The position numbers and the translations under genes were made by a program. A stretch of DNA of 63,955 nucleotides, counting the filler, from Barthelona sp. PAP020 (taxonomy: Eukaryota): assembly GCA_040182905.1 (NCBI GenBank). It is 4 parts of 4 records of this genome, joined end to end, with 100 filler letters (N's around TTAATTAATTAA, not from the genome) between each part and the next. Parts side by side here need not be neighbours in the genome. Positions count along the whole stretch, not along the records: positions 17,216 to 34,211 come from JARQWU010000251.1; positions 34,312 to 51,261 come from JARQWU010000252.1; 2 more parts are not named here. One strand, given 5' to 3'. Numbering within the stretch: position 1 is the first letter of the stretch; the number at the start of each line of letters is the position of its first letter. Below are positions 30,495 to 44,100 of the stretch, in pieces. Under the pieces are notes generated by a model. It was not told the DNA's origin. It ran no database searches and saw only the letters and a program-made list of their open reading frames with translations.

Positions 30495-31268
30495 ATGACA
30501 TTATTATTGGACACGAATCAAGTCCCCACATTATACCGAAAAGATCATCAACAATGGAAACCCATATCCAATCAAGGTGTTGCTCGAATTTTTCAGGACA
30601 ATCAAAATGGAAATGAAGGCATCTGTTTAAACATTAAAAATTCTCAAACAAATACGCCCATTCTTAATATTCCTATTCATGCTGCTCATATAATAGCAAA
30701 AGGAGACATATCTTTTATTTTTTATGCATTTCCAAATGACCCCAAAGAATTCAGACTGGTGTTTTCAGATCCAAATATTCATGAAAGAATCGTTGCCTTA
30801 TTGGCTAAGTATCATAAATTTCAAAAACAAAATCAACTAAATGCACATCAGCAACAAATTACCATTGGTCGTGTTTCTACAAATATACCGGCAGGTCCCA
30901 TCATTGATTTTATTTTGCCCAAAAAATCCAACGGTTTAAATCTCCATTCAGATGTTCAAGAAGTTGATGTCAGTGACGTTGAAAAAATATTATGTGATGT
31001 GCTGAAAAAACAAGAAGATCTTGGTGATGAAAGAATCAAAAGACGTATTGAAAGAGAAGCAAAATACGAAAGATATTCTGAAAAATTAGAAAAGAGTAGC
31101 CAACCTTTAAATGTTATGGGAATTACAAAAGAGGAAGAGCAATCTTTAAGAACAACACAAAATTATCACACTTTATTAGACATGAACTTTCCTGAAGAAA
31201 AAATATTTCAAGCCCTCAAATTGTATCCCAATGACTTTAATAAGATGATAAATCATTGCGTTAATTAA
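30495..31268 (+). CDS. PH-like domain + C-terminal UBA domain protein
   Basis: N-terminal TLYRKDHQQWKPISNQGVARIF...EFRLVFSDP (PH/EVH1-like) and C-terminal TLLDMNFPEEKIFQALKLYPNDFNKMINHC (UBA). Likely ATG 30495. Confidence 0.65.
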   Translation: MTLLLDTNQVPTLYRKDHQQWKPISNQGVARIFQDNQNGNEGICLNIKNSQTNTPILNIPIHAAHIIAKGDISFIFYAFPNDPKEFRLVFSDPNIHERIVALLAKYHKFQKQNQLNAHQQQITIGRVSTNIPAGPIIDFILPKKSNGLNLHSDVQEVDVSDVEKILCDVLKKQEDLGDERIKRRIEREAKYERYSEKLEKSSQPLNVMGITKEEEQSLRTTQNYHTLLDMNFPEEKIFQALKLYPNDFNKMINHCVN

Positions 31269-31367
31269 ACTTATGTAAATAGCTTTGTTGCACCTTTATT
31301 GTACATTTCTGTGTAAAAAAAAAAGGAAAATTGGGTTGTGAAAAAGGCAACAAATTTCTTTTTTACA

Positions 31368-33161
31368 ATGTTGAGTCCAACGAATGGAAATAATTTGGGA
31401 ACACCAAAATATGAAGAAAATAATGTACTAACCCCAAAAAGAGTTGTATTAACAAGAAGTTATGTTCGAAGAAATAACATAGATTTAGCCATCAAAAGAT
31501 TGGATTTAAAGACATTACCATCAGGAAATGAGTTTAAAAACACACCAAGACGGAAAAAATATCTTCATAAAGATTCAAAACCTGAACTTGATGAATTAAG
31601 CATAAATTCTGATGATGATGAAGACAACGATAATGTTAATGACATATCTTTACTTGAATCAATCATATCGCCAGCACCTATGAAAACATCTACTGAAAGT
31701 GTGTTGCGAAAGATTCAAAATCACCCTGAGATCGCAGATAATGGATATGAACTTCCAGTTCCAAAATTAAATTCTACTTTTAGCGACTTATTTGAGAATT
31801 TGATCATTTTTTTTTGCATTGTATATTATTTGTTGACGATTTTGAAAAACAAAAAGAGGCTAATTATTTTTGAGACGGTTTTGTTGATTATTTTATTTAT
31901 TTATTTGACTTTTAGAGGTCCTAGAACTTCTTTTGAGGATTCTGAAAATGATATTGATGATGAAATAGCTATTCTATATGAAAGCGATTCTGATGTTGAT
32001 TTTGAAAATGAAGAAGAGGAATTTTATATTCCTGATGTAGCGATTCAACATGATAATGAAAAAAGGACAAAATTGATACGCTCCTTCCGCTTTTTAACTG
32101 TTTTTCTTTTAGCATTGTTTTTATTCTTTGCTTGTGTTACGTATCCAAAACAAATTATCAGTTATTTGGGATTCTCAACCATTATATCAACAACATCAAT
32201 AGTAGATGATAAATTTCTAACACCACCAATTGATAATGATATTGAACTTAATCCTGTGGTAATTGATAATATCGATGATAAGATATTTAGTTTTAATGTG
32301 TCTTTGCTTCAATCCAACATTAATTTATTAAATGATGAGATTAGCACAGTTGAAACCAATATTTATTCTTTAAAACAATCTGTTGATGAAAATATTGATG
32401 AAAATATTGAAATAAACATTTCAAAATATAGTTTTGATGAGGTGACAAAACTCGTTCAAAGTGAAATTGGGAACTTTGGAAAAAAATTGAATGATTTGGG
32501 TGAAAGTATAACAAGGATTGAAGAAATAACAGCTTTCAAAAAGCAACTCAATCAATCTCAAGATAATTTTCAAGTTTCTGTCCAAAATGTAACAAAACAA
32601 CAAACCGATAATCTCAAAGAAGCCATCAATATATTGAAACAAAAATTGGCCCCTCTCATTTCAATTGTACAAAACTTTGAAGCTGAACGAAACAAGGTTC
32701 CTCGAATCAATCTTGCACGTAAATTTATGGGCGCCACAATCACAAAACCTTCAGTCACTTATGTTTCCAATGGAAATCTGTTCTTTTCCAAATATATTCT
32801 CGGTAACAAAATTAATCCTGCTGAAATAATGTTAACCACAGATTTGGAACCAGGTAAATGTTGGAGTTGTAAGCCACCATGTAAATTTACTCTCAATTTG
32901 CCAGAACCATCCACAATAGACACAATTGGTTTTGATTTCCCCGATTTTCATACAGTTCTTGAAAACTCAAGAATTTCTCAAATAGAAGCATATTGCAATG
33001 AAGAAAAAATTGGTCGAATGACAATTGGTTCGAAAACAAATAGTATTGATATGAAATTTGAGAAATTAATGTGTCAAAGTATCGATTTTAAGATTATTAC
33101 GAGTAAAAAACAGTCTTATGTGTGTTTATATCAATTAAGAGTTCATCCTGTGCAAGAGTAA
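31368..33161 (+). CDS. SUN-domain (Sad1/UNC-84) nuclear envelope protein
   Basis: TM segments, coiled coil, then INLARKFMGATI...EPGKCWS...YVCLYQLRVH, the C-terminal SUN signature. First ATG at 31368. Confidence 0.88.
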   Translation: MLSPTNGNNLGTPKYEENNVLTPKRVVLTRSYVRRNNIDLAIKRLDLKTLPSGNEFKNTPRRKKYLHKDSKPELDELSINSDDDEDNDNVNDISLLESIISPAPMKTSTESVLRKIQNHPEIADNGYELPVPKLNSTFSDLFENLIIFFCIVYYLLTILKNKKRLIIFETVLLIILFIYLTFRGPRTSFEDSENDIDDEIAILYESDSDVDFENEEEEFYIPDVAIQHDNEKRTKLIRSFRFLTVFLLALFLFFACVTYPKQIISYLGFSTIISTTSIVDDKFLTPPIDNDIELNPVVIDNIDDKIFSFNVSLLQSNINLLNDEISTVETNIYSLKQSVDENIDENIEINISKYSFDEVTKLVQSEIGNFGKKLNDLGESITRIEEITAFKKQLNQSQDNFQVSVQNVTKQQTDNLKEAINILKQKLAPLISIVQNFEAERNKVPRINLARKFMGATITKPSVTYVSNGNLFFSKYILGNKINPAEIMLTTDLEPGKCWSCKPPCKFTLNLPEPSTIDTIGFDFPDFHTVLENSRISQIEAYCNEEKIGRMTIGSKTNSIDMKFEKLMCQSIDFKIITSKKQSYVCLYQLRVHPVQE

Positions 33162-33416
33162 TGCCATCAAAAAAAAAATGAAAGCACATTTTTTTTTATT
33201 TTTCGGCCTTGAAAAGTATTTCCCAACAACCTTTGTCTTATTCAAACAGTAGGTATCAATAGTAAACCATATTGTTATTAATAAATATTGTCTCTTTTTT
33301 TCTTTCCTCATCTTTGCTTCTGATTAGTGATTCAAATGTGTTTATTATTTCAATACACACTAAAATTGACAAGAATAAATGGTGGCTCATAATTCTATAT
33401 CAATTTAATCTTTTCT

Positions 33417-33875
33417 ATGAATGAACCAATCAATATTAATATAATCCCTTTGGAAAATTCTTATGATATTCCTATTCCCTTGCAAAAAACCAGTGGAAGT
33501 GCGGGTTTTGATGTATTTTCGGCAAATATTGAACCAATAATTCTTGAACCTCACAAATGGACAGCTATACCAACTGGATATATATTTGAAATACCTTTTG
33601 GTTATGAAATACAAGTTCGTTCAAGATCAGGTTTGTCTCTAAAACACGGAATAGCTGTATTAAACTCCCCTGGAACCATAGATAGTGATTATCGTGGTGA
33701 AGTTAAAATTATTTTGATCAATCATTCTGATCAACCCTTTGAAATTGTTAGAGGAATGCGAATTGCTCAATTTATTATTGCTCAAATTATTATTCCACAA
33801 TTTACATTGACAACTGAATTTTCTGATACAAAACGAGGGTCTGGAGGGTTTGGTTCAACAGCTTTACATGGATAA
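33417..33875 (+). CDS. dut: Trimeric dUTPase, bacterial-type
   Basis: All five motifs are present: SAGFDV, RSRSGL, GTIDSDYRGE, RIAQF, RGSGGFGST. Confidence 0.96.
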   Translation: MNEPININIIPLENSYDIPIPLQKTSGSAGFDVFSANIEPIILEPHKWTAIPTGYIFEIPFGYEIQVRSRSGLSLKHGIAVLNSPGTIDSDYRGEVKIILINHSDQPFEIVRGMRIAQFIIAQIIIPQFTLTTEFSDTKRGSGGFGSTALHG

Positions 33876-34114
33876 GATAAGTTGGGATTTTTTCCTTTTA
33901 TTTCTTTTATTGAACCTTATTTGCACAGTTTTATGGTTTATTTATGTTCTGGATGTAGCAAACTAATTGTAAAAGAATTTCAAAACAATTTTTTATTGTC
34001 AGTTGATAATTTAGTGCATTCAAAAAATGAAAAATGAAGACAAAAAAAAAATATACATTTACAAAAACACAGATCACGTGTAATTACAGGACACAGCTAT
34101 GTTCAACAAACTTA

Positions 34115-34210
34115 TCAAGAAGCAATTGTAAATTCTGATTCTTCAGCCAAAGACTCTCTAAGAATATTAAACAAAGAATTGGACAAAATTTCTTCACACA
34201 TGTTTTGAAA
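34115..34210 (-). CDS. C-terminal fragment of a hypothetical protein truncated by the contig end
   Basis: FQNMCEEILSNSLFNILRESLAEESEFTIAS then TGA at 34117-34115, with TGTAAA downstream at 34063-34058. Confidence 0.45.
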   Translation of the reverse strand, partial: FQNMCEEILSNSLFNILRESLAEESEFTIAS

Positions 34211-34211
34211 C

Positions 34212-34311
34212 NNNNNNNNNNNNNNNNNNNNNNNNNNNNNNNNNNNNNNNNNNNNTTAATTAATTAANNNNNNNNNNNNNNNNNNNNNNNNNNNNNNNNN
34301 NNNNNNNNNNN
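34212..34311. other. Artificial contig-joining spacer
   Basis: 44 N + TTAATTAATTAA + 44 N. Confidence 0.97.
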
Positions 34312-34788
34312 CTCATTTAATTGTTGTTTTAATTGAGATATTTCCGATCTGCTCTCTCTTGTCTGATTTTGCTCTCTTAATTCTCTTAACTCATCATTAG
34401 CCTTCACATTTAATTGCTTAAAATGAGAAACTTTACTGTTTAACTCTGAAATTTCCTTTTTATGCAAACTTTGAATATTCTCAACTTTATCCTTTAATCT
34501 TTGATTCTCGGCTTGCAATTCCTTATTTTTATTCATTAATTCATCCAGTAAATGATTGTTATCATAATCTTTTTTTGGCGCAATTTGAGGAATATCTCCA
34601 ACGATTTTATTACGTGAATTTGTTATTATCTTTGAAGGAAAACTAGTTTTAATCATATTTTGAAGTTGATTTTCAATACTTTCAAATTGTTCATTCGAAA
34701 TTACATTATCCATGTAATTTTCATAAGTTTTAATGTTATAATATTGCATTAATGATAAAACAATCATTTTTTCATCTGTTGCCGCCAT
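34312..34788 (-). CDS. N-terminal part of a coiled-coil hypothetical protein, truncated by the contig end
   Basis: ATG 34788 (MAATDEK), open into the gap, heptad-rich LQAENQRLKDKVENIQ. Confidence 0.6.
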
Positions 34789-35117
34789 GAAATATGTTTC
34801 GAACAGAAGAAAACAATTTCTTCACATTTTTGATGTAATTCTTTTTTACTTTTAATATTAAATATACCTTGATTTATTATTGAATTCATTTAAATATTTT
34901 ATTTTCAAAAATAAAAGACTTTAAGACTTTTTTTGAGAACATTAAAAAGATTATCCAAACCAAAATCATTGTAACTTTTTCTCAATATTCTGTCACTATT
35001 GTCAGAAAAAAAAAATATACAAAAATTTTTATTTAAAAAAGGGAAATTTGTTGTGTTTTTTTTTTCTTTTGAATTTCACACAAAATAAACAAATAATCAA
35101 AGATAATAATCACATAA

Positions 35118-38100
35118 TTAATTAGCATGAATATCCTTTAAAACGATAAACGGAATATTAGTTGAAAAAACAACATTTTCAACACGTAATTCAATGAAAT
35201 GAGAAATTTTGCTTCCGTTTTCAAAATCAAACGACAAAATATTTGTAGTATCAAGCAATGTATCATCATCAACAGGGATTATTTGTAATATTGGCAAAAT
35301 GTTTACTTCTGTTGGTGTGTAAACATAAGTCTTCTCTTGAATATTAAAGTTGTAAGCTAATATACCACTTACATAAATATTCTCAGAACTGTCCAAAAAA
35401 GGATCATTGTCATCCGTAAAATTCACTTCACATGGAATCAATAAGAATTTTTTACAGCTGAAATGAATCTTCAATGTTTGAAAGAAGCTCACAGGATCAA
35501 ATAGAAGTGCAACATTAATGACTGAAGGGATGCGATTGTATTCTAGATAAAAGTTCCACCAATATTCCAAATATTGTGAACGTTTAATGTCCATGGAACT
35601 GTTATCAAACAATTTCTTTTCGAGTAAGAAGTAGAAAAACAAAATATTTCGAAATGACAATTTGGAAGACTCGATCCTTGAAGGACGAACCAAAGAAAGA
35701 GGTCTTGTTTGTTGGACTGATGTTGATGATGATTCTTCTTTGATAGGTTTCTTAAAATGTTTGTTAAAAGTTTGAATCAATATTTCACGATGATTGATAT
35801 TCTTCAATTTAAAAGATTGAGCCTTTTCCAATTCAATTATCAATGGGAACATGTTCAAATCATGGTCGAATGAAATTGAATTCATGTTTAGATGGGTATT
35901 TTCTAAGCGCAATAAATTGAAAAAAGAAATTTTATTTTTCTCAATAATATCGGAATAAAATAATGATTTCAGCAGATTATCCAATATTTGTTGATCCATT
36001 ACATCCATTTTACCAATAATAGCACCATATAAATAATTGTAAGGTTCTGAACTTTTACAAATATGAATGAAATCATAACGAGGTATTTCAATTGAATGTA
36101 AGATGCAATAAATTTCAGTAAAAGCAATAAAAATTGCGCAAGCAGTTGCTTTTCTGAAGAAAGGTTCTTCAATTTCAACATTAGTCATATTTTTAACCAT
36201 TTTCAATAGATCAATAGCAATATTTGAAAACTTTGCTGGTTGAACATAATTGTTTAATAATTTTTCAGATTGTATATGACTTATCTTAGCAAAATTCTTC
36301 AAATTTAATGTGTAATCAATAATATCTTCTTCTTCATAATCTAACATATCAAATACAACAGCAAATATTGCTGGAATATCTTCAACATTATTTTTTGATA
36401 ATCTTTGACAACTTTCAAACTTTTCAGCTCCTTTACCAAATAAATTATGTACAAACATTTTAAACTTTTCTTTTTGTTTCGTTTCATTCTTTTCATCAAC
36501 AATGATTGTATTTATTAAGTCTTTACATTGAGTACAATAATGATTCGGTAAATTTAACAACAGACAAATATTTGGTAAAGTTAATTCATGTTCAGATAAA
36601 CTAAATATCAAATGGAATATCCGTTGTAAATATGGATTATTGGATCCCATCAATTGAGTAATTGTTGGACTATTGAATGAATCTTTCCATTTAGGTTTGA
36701 TTTCGTTAAGTATTTCATTAAAATATGAATAAACTATACGATTATTAGCTTCATGTGTTCTGGTTAACATTTTTTTATTGTAATTTATCAGATTACTCAT
36801 ATTTTTCTCAATTTCGGTTTTGTTTTCATTGACTCTATTAAAGAATCCACGAATAACAGTGTTTAATTCAACATAATCTATCTCAACATTACTATACAGA
36901 TAGGAATGTAAAGTGTCAAAAATATGATTTTTGGTTTCAAACAATTCTTTTCTCTTTGCCTTCAAAGTGGAAATGATTTTTCTACGAGTTTGAAAAACAT
37001 TTTCTCCAGTCACTTCTTTTTGGATCTTATAACAATATGCCAACAAATCACTAGTTTCACATAATTCATAAACCACTAAATTACTGAATATTGTACTGAA
37101 TCTACTGATATTCTCCAATAAATCATCATTGTAACCAATTGGAATGTGGAAAATAATGGTAGCCATGGGGGTTTTTGATAGTCTAACTTCATGTTCATGA
37201 TTTCTTTCTAAATCGATTATTCGGTGTAGCAAATTCAAATCCATGTCTTTGGCAGAGATCCCCAACGATATAACAATGATATTACCTGAATGTTGTCTTG
37301 CAATAAAGTCCTCATTGTTTAACATATCTAAACTATCGATCAGAAGAAAATCATTGTAATGTTCAAGCAAAATCATTTCTAATGCTCGAACAGATCCTAT
37401 TGCAACAGAAAATATTGGTAAATTGCAGATATAATTAAACAAATGAGTTTTACATGAGCAATGTATGATCTCATTGTCAGCCAATTCATCCAAAAGATGG
37501 TGTGGGGGTAAAAGTTTGACTTTACTTTGGAAAATTGAACTACTAATCTGATTTTGAGTTAGCAAAGGAATTTTCAATGCTAAAGTATTCATAAACGTAT
37601 TGTACAAAGATAATTGCATGATGTCATCATTACTTAGCAAATTCAACGAATAATCTATTAAGTGCTGATTCGACGTTGCCAATAGATTGATCAAATTACC
37701 ACAAATACTGGAACCATTCAAATACATCTTGTTTTTTAATTTCATCGCAATAACTTGTTGTTTCAACACATTCACTTCTTCAACGCGTTTCTGTGCTATT
37801 TCACGACGATTATTGATCATCAATTGTCTATCTTCAAATTTCTTACGGCCATTCAATAACTCAACAAACTGTAAGCAGTTATTCATAAATTCAATGAATT
37901 TTGGTGCTAGTTTCTTTCCAGAACCACGTGATAAAGGCTCAATAGCTATACCTTGTAAATTGAGATCAAGTTGAAATGGATCAAATGTAGCTTGTAAAAT
38001 CTCTTCAAAACTACAATGTACAGCAACACATAAAAATTCTTTAGCTTCAACATTCAATGCCTCCAAATGCTTACTGGCTAATATTTCTTTCAAGCTATGT

Positions 38101-41100
38101 GTCACAACTATGCTAAAATTAAACAATTTCTTTTCATATCCGTTTTCTTCAATTTCAGTCAATAATTGGGTTTCATCTCGTTGTATCTCCGATAAAACAG
38201 CGGATATCTCTTTATCTAAATCCTTTATTGACAATTGTATTTTGGTTCGTTTTGTCAAAATATTTTCAGCCTCCTCTCTCAAATTAACTTTACGTTCTTG
38301 CATTTTTCTATAAGTATCTAAATCTCGATTTGTTTTCGAGATGTAGCTGTCCTGATTGCTTGTATATAAAATCAGGCTTTGAAACAATTTGCTGAAAAAA
38401 CCAACAATATCATTATAATTGAAGGTGATTCGACTGATATCTTGAATTTTGCTTAAAACCCGAATCGACCGTTCCTTCAACACTTCAACAGATATGGCAA
38501 CAGAATTCTCAATGAATTTTTCACGATAATTTTTATAGAGAGAATTAAATATTGAAGGTATGTCAAAACTGTTATCAAAATAAATGTTTGACAAATCAAA
38601 CATTTGAGAAATTTCAAAACTTTCACAAGACAATAACAAAAATTTAAATTGGTTCAACAACAACTTTTTCAAATGTTGTTTGGTCATATCTGTACCATAA
38701 AATGCAGGTAATAGATATTTCAAAGGATCTTCCAAAAAGCTATATTCTTTGATTACTAACAAACAATGAAGATTCTTATAGATGTTGTCATATATTGTTT
38801 GAACGATTTCTTCAATGGAATGACAAAATATTGGAACAAAACTTTTGTTAGTAGCATTCTCCTCTAATGCAGTAAGAATAAAATCTTGGTCGGTTATATG
38901 CACTTGAATAACGTTATTAGGTATTTGTTTATGAATGTCATAAATGGAATTAAACAATGAAATGTTAATATTTTCATCATTTATGCTGTTAAGATCAATC
39001 AATTTCCAATAGCCATTTCTTACAGTTAAAAATTGTTCATGTATTGAACTGATTGGCTTATCTATTGAATATTTATTGTGTAACATAACAAATTCCCTGT
39101 TTAAATCATTATCTAAAGAGGAATATCCCAATAGAATAGACATCAACATTGTAAAAATCAAAAGTTCATCACCTAATTCAATTTGTTGGAGATTCATCAA
39201 TTTAAATGCCACAATCAACAGTTTATTCAAATGGTTAAAATTTTGAGTTGAAAGATTACACCTGTCCAAAATTTTCATTAAAAGTTCATTCGTGTATTGA
39301 CCAAATTTTTCAATATTACTGGTGGATTCTGTCAAATAGAAATTATCAATATTCAAGCTGATATTTGTTGACATGCTAGAGATGGTTGAGATGGTTGAGA
39401 TGGTTGAATCATTTGATTTGGTTAAATCAGTCACAGGAATAGAAATAGACATAGGTAAAGGAAAAACTAAATCATCAAACGAATCAAATAGATTAGGTAT
39501 GAAAGGTACAAAATTCACTAAATTGTTTTCAACAATCTTGGTTAAATTATCAGCACAAATTGCAAAATGTACTTCATCTATGTGAAATAATTCTTTATTT
39601 CTAAATATTAATCCAGTACTAATCGTTTCCAACAGATTCAGTTTGTTCATATCATCAACTATAATCACCAATTTATCTCCAACGCTAGCAGATCCCAGTT
39701 TATCACTATAAATAACATCCAAACAATCCAAATCCTTAGTATCATTGATATGCTTAATAAAATAATTCGTTCCAATCACATTTTCCAAATACCTTTGATT
39801 CATTAATACAGGAATGAAATTTTCTCTAATCAATGCCCTTAAAACATATTTTGCAACATGAATTTCTTTAAAAAATATCCAATATGGTAGTTCTTCGCCT
39901 TGAACCTTTTGAATCGGTTCAGGCTCTTTCCAATGAACACCATTTTCATCAAAATATGGAACACAATGAAATACATTGTGTAAAGGTGAAGAAAAATGTG
40001 GAAAATGTTGTTGTATCAATGAAGAAACACAACTTTCCATTTTATTTCGTTCAATTGGATCTAATAACGAATAACTCCAACAAATACAAAAATGTACAAT
40101 GGAAAGAATACTCTTTTGAACATCAATATTCACTTGTTCTGCTGCATCTAACTCCATCACAGCACCAAACTCAGATTTTGCCAAACGTTTCAATAACACT
40201 TCTAATAATTTACAACAGATTAATAAAGGATGTAATGGATCTCTAAAGGATGTCTTCGAAAAAAGTTGTGGTGAAGATTCAGCCAATAACTTCAAAATCT
40301 GTTGATATATAGTCTTTCGCAACTTGTAAACAAAATGTTTTTTTACAAAGCTTAATGGAGTCAATTCAGTAGGCATCAAAATAGTGCTGGCATAACATCC
40401 AATGTGATATGGTACATCAGACAAATTTTCAGCAAAAACAATCAAATAACAATTATTTAAACGAGTAGATTGAATAAATTCTTCAACAAAGAATTCATTC
40501 ACAAACCTATCATTTGGTTCCAATAAGATGATAAAGTGAGTTGATGAAGATGGTTGCAGATCAAGGATCTGTTCACATATATACTTTACAGACAAAGTAT
40601 CATCAGAACCTGGAAATACGTGTGAAATTACATGTCCTAAATAACGATCATCAATTGGTTCCATTTCATTTAGACTTTCCACTAGAAGTTCGATAAACTT
40701 TTCCAATTCGTTCAAAGTAGATCCGCACAGACATCCCATCTTATTAAATCTCAACAAATCAACAAAATAATCCAATTGTGAAACAATGCGTGAAGCATCA
40801 CCTCTTATTGAAGTATCAAAAATCTTTTTGTAGATCCTTTTGAACAATTTATCTTGTGAACGGTTTCCACCTGTTTGAGCATTCAAATGGTTTAAGGCTA
40901 AACTCAATAAACCTCTCTGTTCTCGTGTAAGATTAAAATTAAAAGTAGTTTCAATGATTCCTGCTAATTTTTTATTTGGGTCGATAGAATTATCATGTAA
41001 ACACTCTTCAAAGACTTGAAGAACCATATTTTGACCATAATAAACTGTATTCTTTGAAAAGATGTGTGCTGATAATAATTTAGCTGTATTAAGAATCTTT

Positions 41101-44100
41101 TCAACATCAACTTCATATCCAATCATTTCAAAAGCTTTTGTCATACTTACTTCAAATTCGTTAGCTAATGATCCTAATTTTAAACATGAAAATTTATGCT
41201 CAAGTTGAGATTGATGTTGAGATTGAGGTTCATCAAAACAAAATTTAGAACTGGTTGGATTCTTACTATTATAGCAAAGATTGATTAAAATGCCATTATA
41301 ATTTTTGAATGTTGGATTTTGTTGTGATAAATTATCAAAGAAAATATCTTTTTGAGATACATCAATTAAACGTATAATTAAAGAATTATTAATTTTTTCA
41401 AATTTTTGTTCAGATTTGATAAATAATACAAATTTGCTAAAAATTAATCCAAAAATTTTTAAATATTTTTTCATTATCCATAAATCTTCCAAATGTATAC
41501 AAATATTCAAAGGAGAATTATCTTTTTCGTCAAAATTTACAATCAAAAAATTCAAAAGTTTTTCAAAACTGAATCCAATGGGGATAAAGGTAAAAATACC
41601 ACCTAAAATTTTATGATGAAATATTTTATCTAAATGAGTTGTATAAACGTTCATTGCATCTTTAGCAAATATTTTGGGTAATTTAACGAAATCTTTTAAA
41701 TAATTCAAACAAATTAAAACATTATAAAGACTTGTTTTAATATTACTTAATTGATTCAAAACTTCCATTTTTTTCAAACAAAGATCACCAAAAGTTGATA
41801 ATTTTGTCAAATCAATGTCTTTATTTTGTTTTAAAACATTTGAAATTTTTTCGATAAGGTTATTGATTTTAGAGATTCCAAGATCACGATTCATTGATAG
41901 GATTTCAGAAAAATGACTGAATATTGCTATAACAACTGTACTTGGATGATTTCCAGCAATCCAAGAAAAAAAGTTCACATCATCATATTGTTTTAAAGTT
42001 CTGGATATTAAAACATTACAAGAATTTAATAAAACTTTTTCTAATTGAAAAAAATTATTTGATAAATCTTTTAATAATATTAAATTATTTTTTGTTACTA
42101 AATGATTATCAATAACAGTAAATTGATTTTGTGTTAATCGATAAATATATCTTTGTAAATCCAAATCTGGATATCTTAATTCAGATTCAGTTAATTTCAT
42201 CTTTTTTGCTAACAAAAAAATTCGTTCTTCTTTTGTCAAAATAATATCAGTAAAAATTCGTGGTGGTTCAAATCTTTCAATAATTTGTTGAAATTGTTTA
42301 TATAAACCGTTTAATATTTCAATTTGTTTGGGCTTTAAAATAAAATTGATAACTCTTGTATCAATTTTAAATAAATCAGTTAACCATAAAGTATACCTTT
42401 CAATAATATCTAAATTTTGCAAATTTAAAAATAAATCAATGAAAATTAATATTGAAAATTGAAACTTTTTTAAAAGTTTGAAAATTTTCAATAAATTTAA
42501 TAATTTTTCATTATGTAAATTCAAATTATTATTAAAAATTTCTAATAATTTTTTTTTTTTCATTAAATCATTTCTTAAAATATTTATTTGTTTATTAATT
42601 TTTATAATAATTTCATCAATATTTAAATCTTTAATAAATAAAAATTTATCTTCTTTGATATAATAAGTATCAACTCTTAAAGAATATAATTCTTTAATTA
42701 AAGAATCAAATAAGATTTGTAAACCATATTCTTCATCAATCTCTTCAGCAAAAACATTCAACTCTGCTAGATCTATGTTAACATGTTCTAAAATATAATG
42801 TAAATTATTACTTTCAATGGATTGTTTTAAATTTGGATATTCTAATAAAATTTCTAAACTTTTCCAATGTCTTAATTTTATTCCTGGATTTCGAAAAACT
42901 TTTAATATAGGTAAATATTCCAATAATATTTGATATTCATTTTGAATTTGTTTTTGATATTTTAGATCAAATATTTCAATAAATTCTGTTGGAAATTCTT
43001 TTAATAAACGTCTTTCAGTATCTTTATAAATAATTTTTATAAAAGTTCCATAAGTCAAAAATTCTTGAAACTTTTTAAACTTTAAAATTACTGTCCATTG
43101 TTTTAATTGTTTATTAATGATTGTTTTAGGTTTTTCTAATAAAAATTGTGTTGTATCTTTTCCTAAATAGGTTTCATCAGCATTTAATACATCAATTGCT
43201 TCAATAATTTCATTCAATTTCTTTTGATGTTTTTCAACAATCATTACATTTTGTTCTAATAAAGTTAAATCATTAGTCAAATCAAATTTATCAAAATCTG
43301 CTAATGAATATTTTAAATCTTCAATTTGTGTTCGAATTTCTACTATCTTTGCATCAAAACTATGTATGAATTGTCTACGACGATTTTCAACTATAAAATA
43401 GGTATCTTGGATTAAAGATTTTAAAATCTTAGGTTTCTTTAAAGTTTCAGCAAAATATATCAATTGTTTCTCATCAGATTCATAACCATATTCAAACATT
43501 AAACAATATAATTTCCAAATGAAATAGAATTCTTCTTCAAATTTTCTTACATCAATATTTGATAAAAAAGAACTTCTTATATAAACTTTTTCAGGTGAAT
43601 CAGGAATATTTTTAATAAAATCAATGATTTCATCTAATTTTTGAGATAATTCAATAATGATTTTATATGCAGTTTTATGTACAAAAATGAAAATATTTGA
43701 AATTGTTTCATTTTCAATTTCAGTAACCTTTGCTAAAGCAATGTTGAAATTAATCATAAAATTATCAATTTCATAATGAGTTTCTTCAAATAATTGATGA
43801 TTTCTTGGTTTAATATTCTTTAAACATTCATTCAATAATAAATAACTCTTTTCAATGAAGATATCATCTAAATTTTGTCTCATCTCATTATTTAAACTTT
43901 TAAATTTAAAATTTTGCAAAATTTCATTCTTTAAATTTTCAATCTTTTCAAACTTTTTCTTTAGATGATTATTAATATCTGCTAATGAGCTCCTTATCAA
44001 TGGAGATATGCTGGAATTAAAATCATTCACTAAATTGATTGAAGTTAATTTCTTGTATGGTAAATATTCATGTTTTTGTAAATATTCTTTAAAATTCATC

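Noticed and set aside
34115..34788. One gene spanning the gap at 34212-34311
   Set aside because: The spacer is an artificial join between length-sorted contigs, so the two minus-strand fragments need not belong together.
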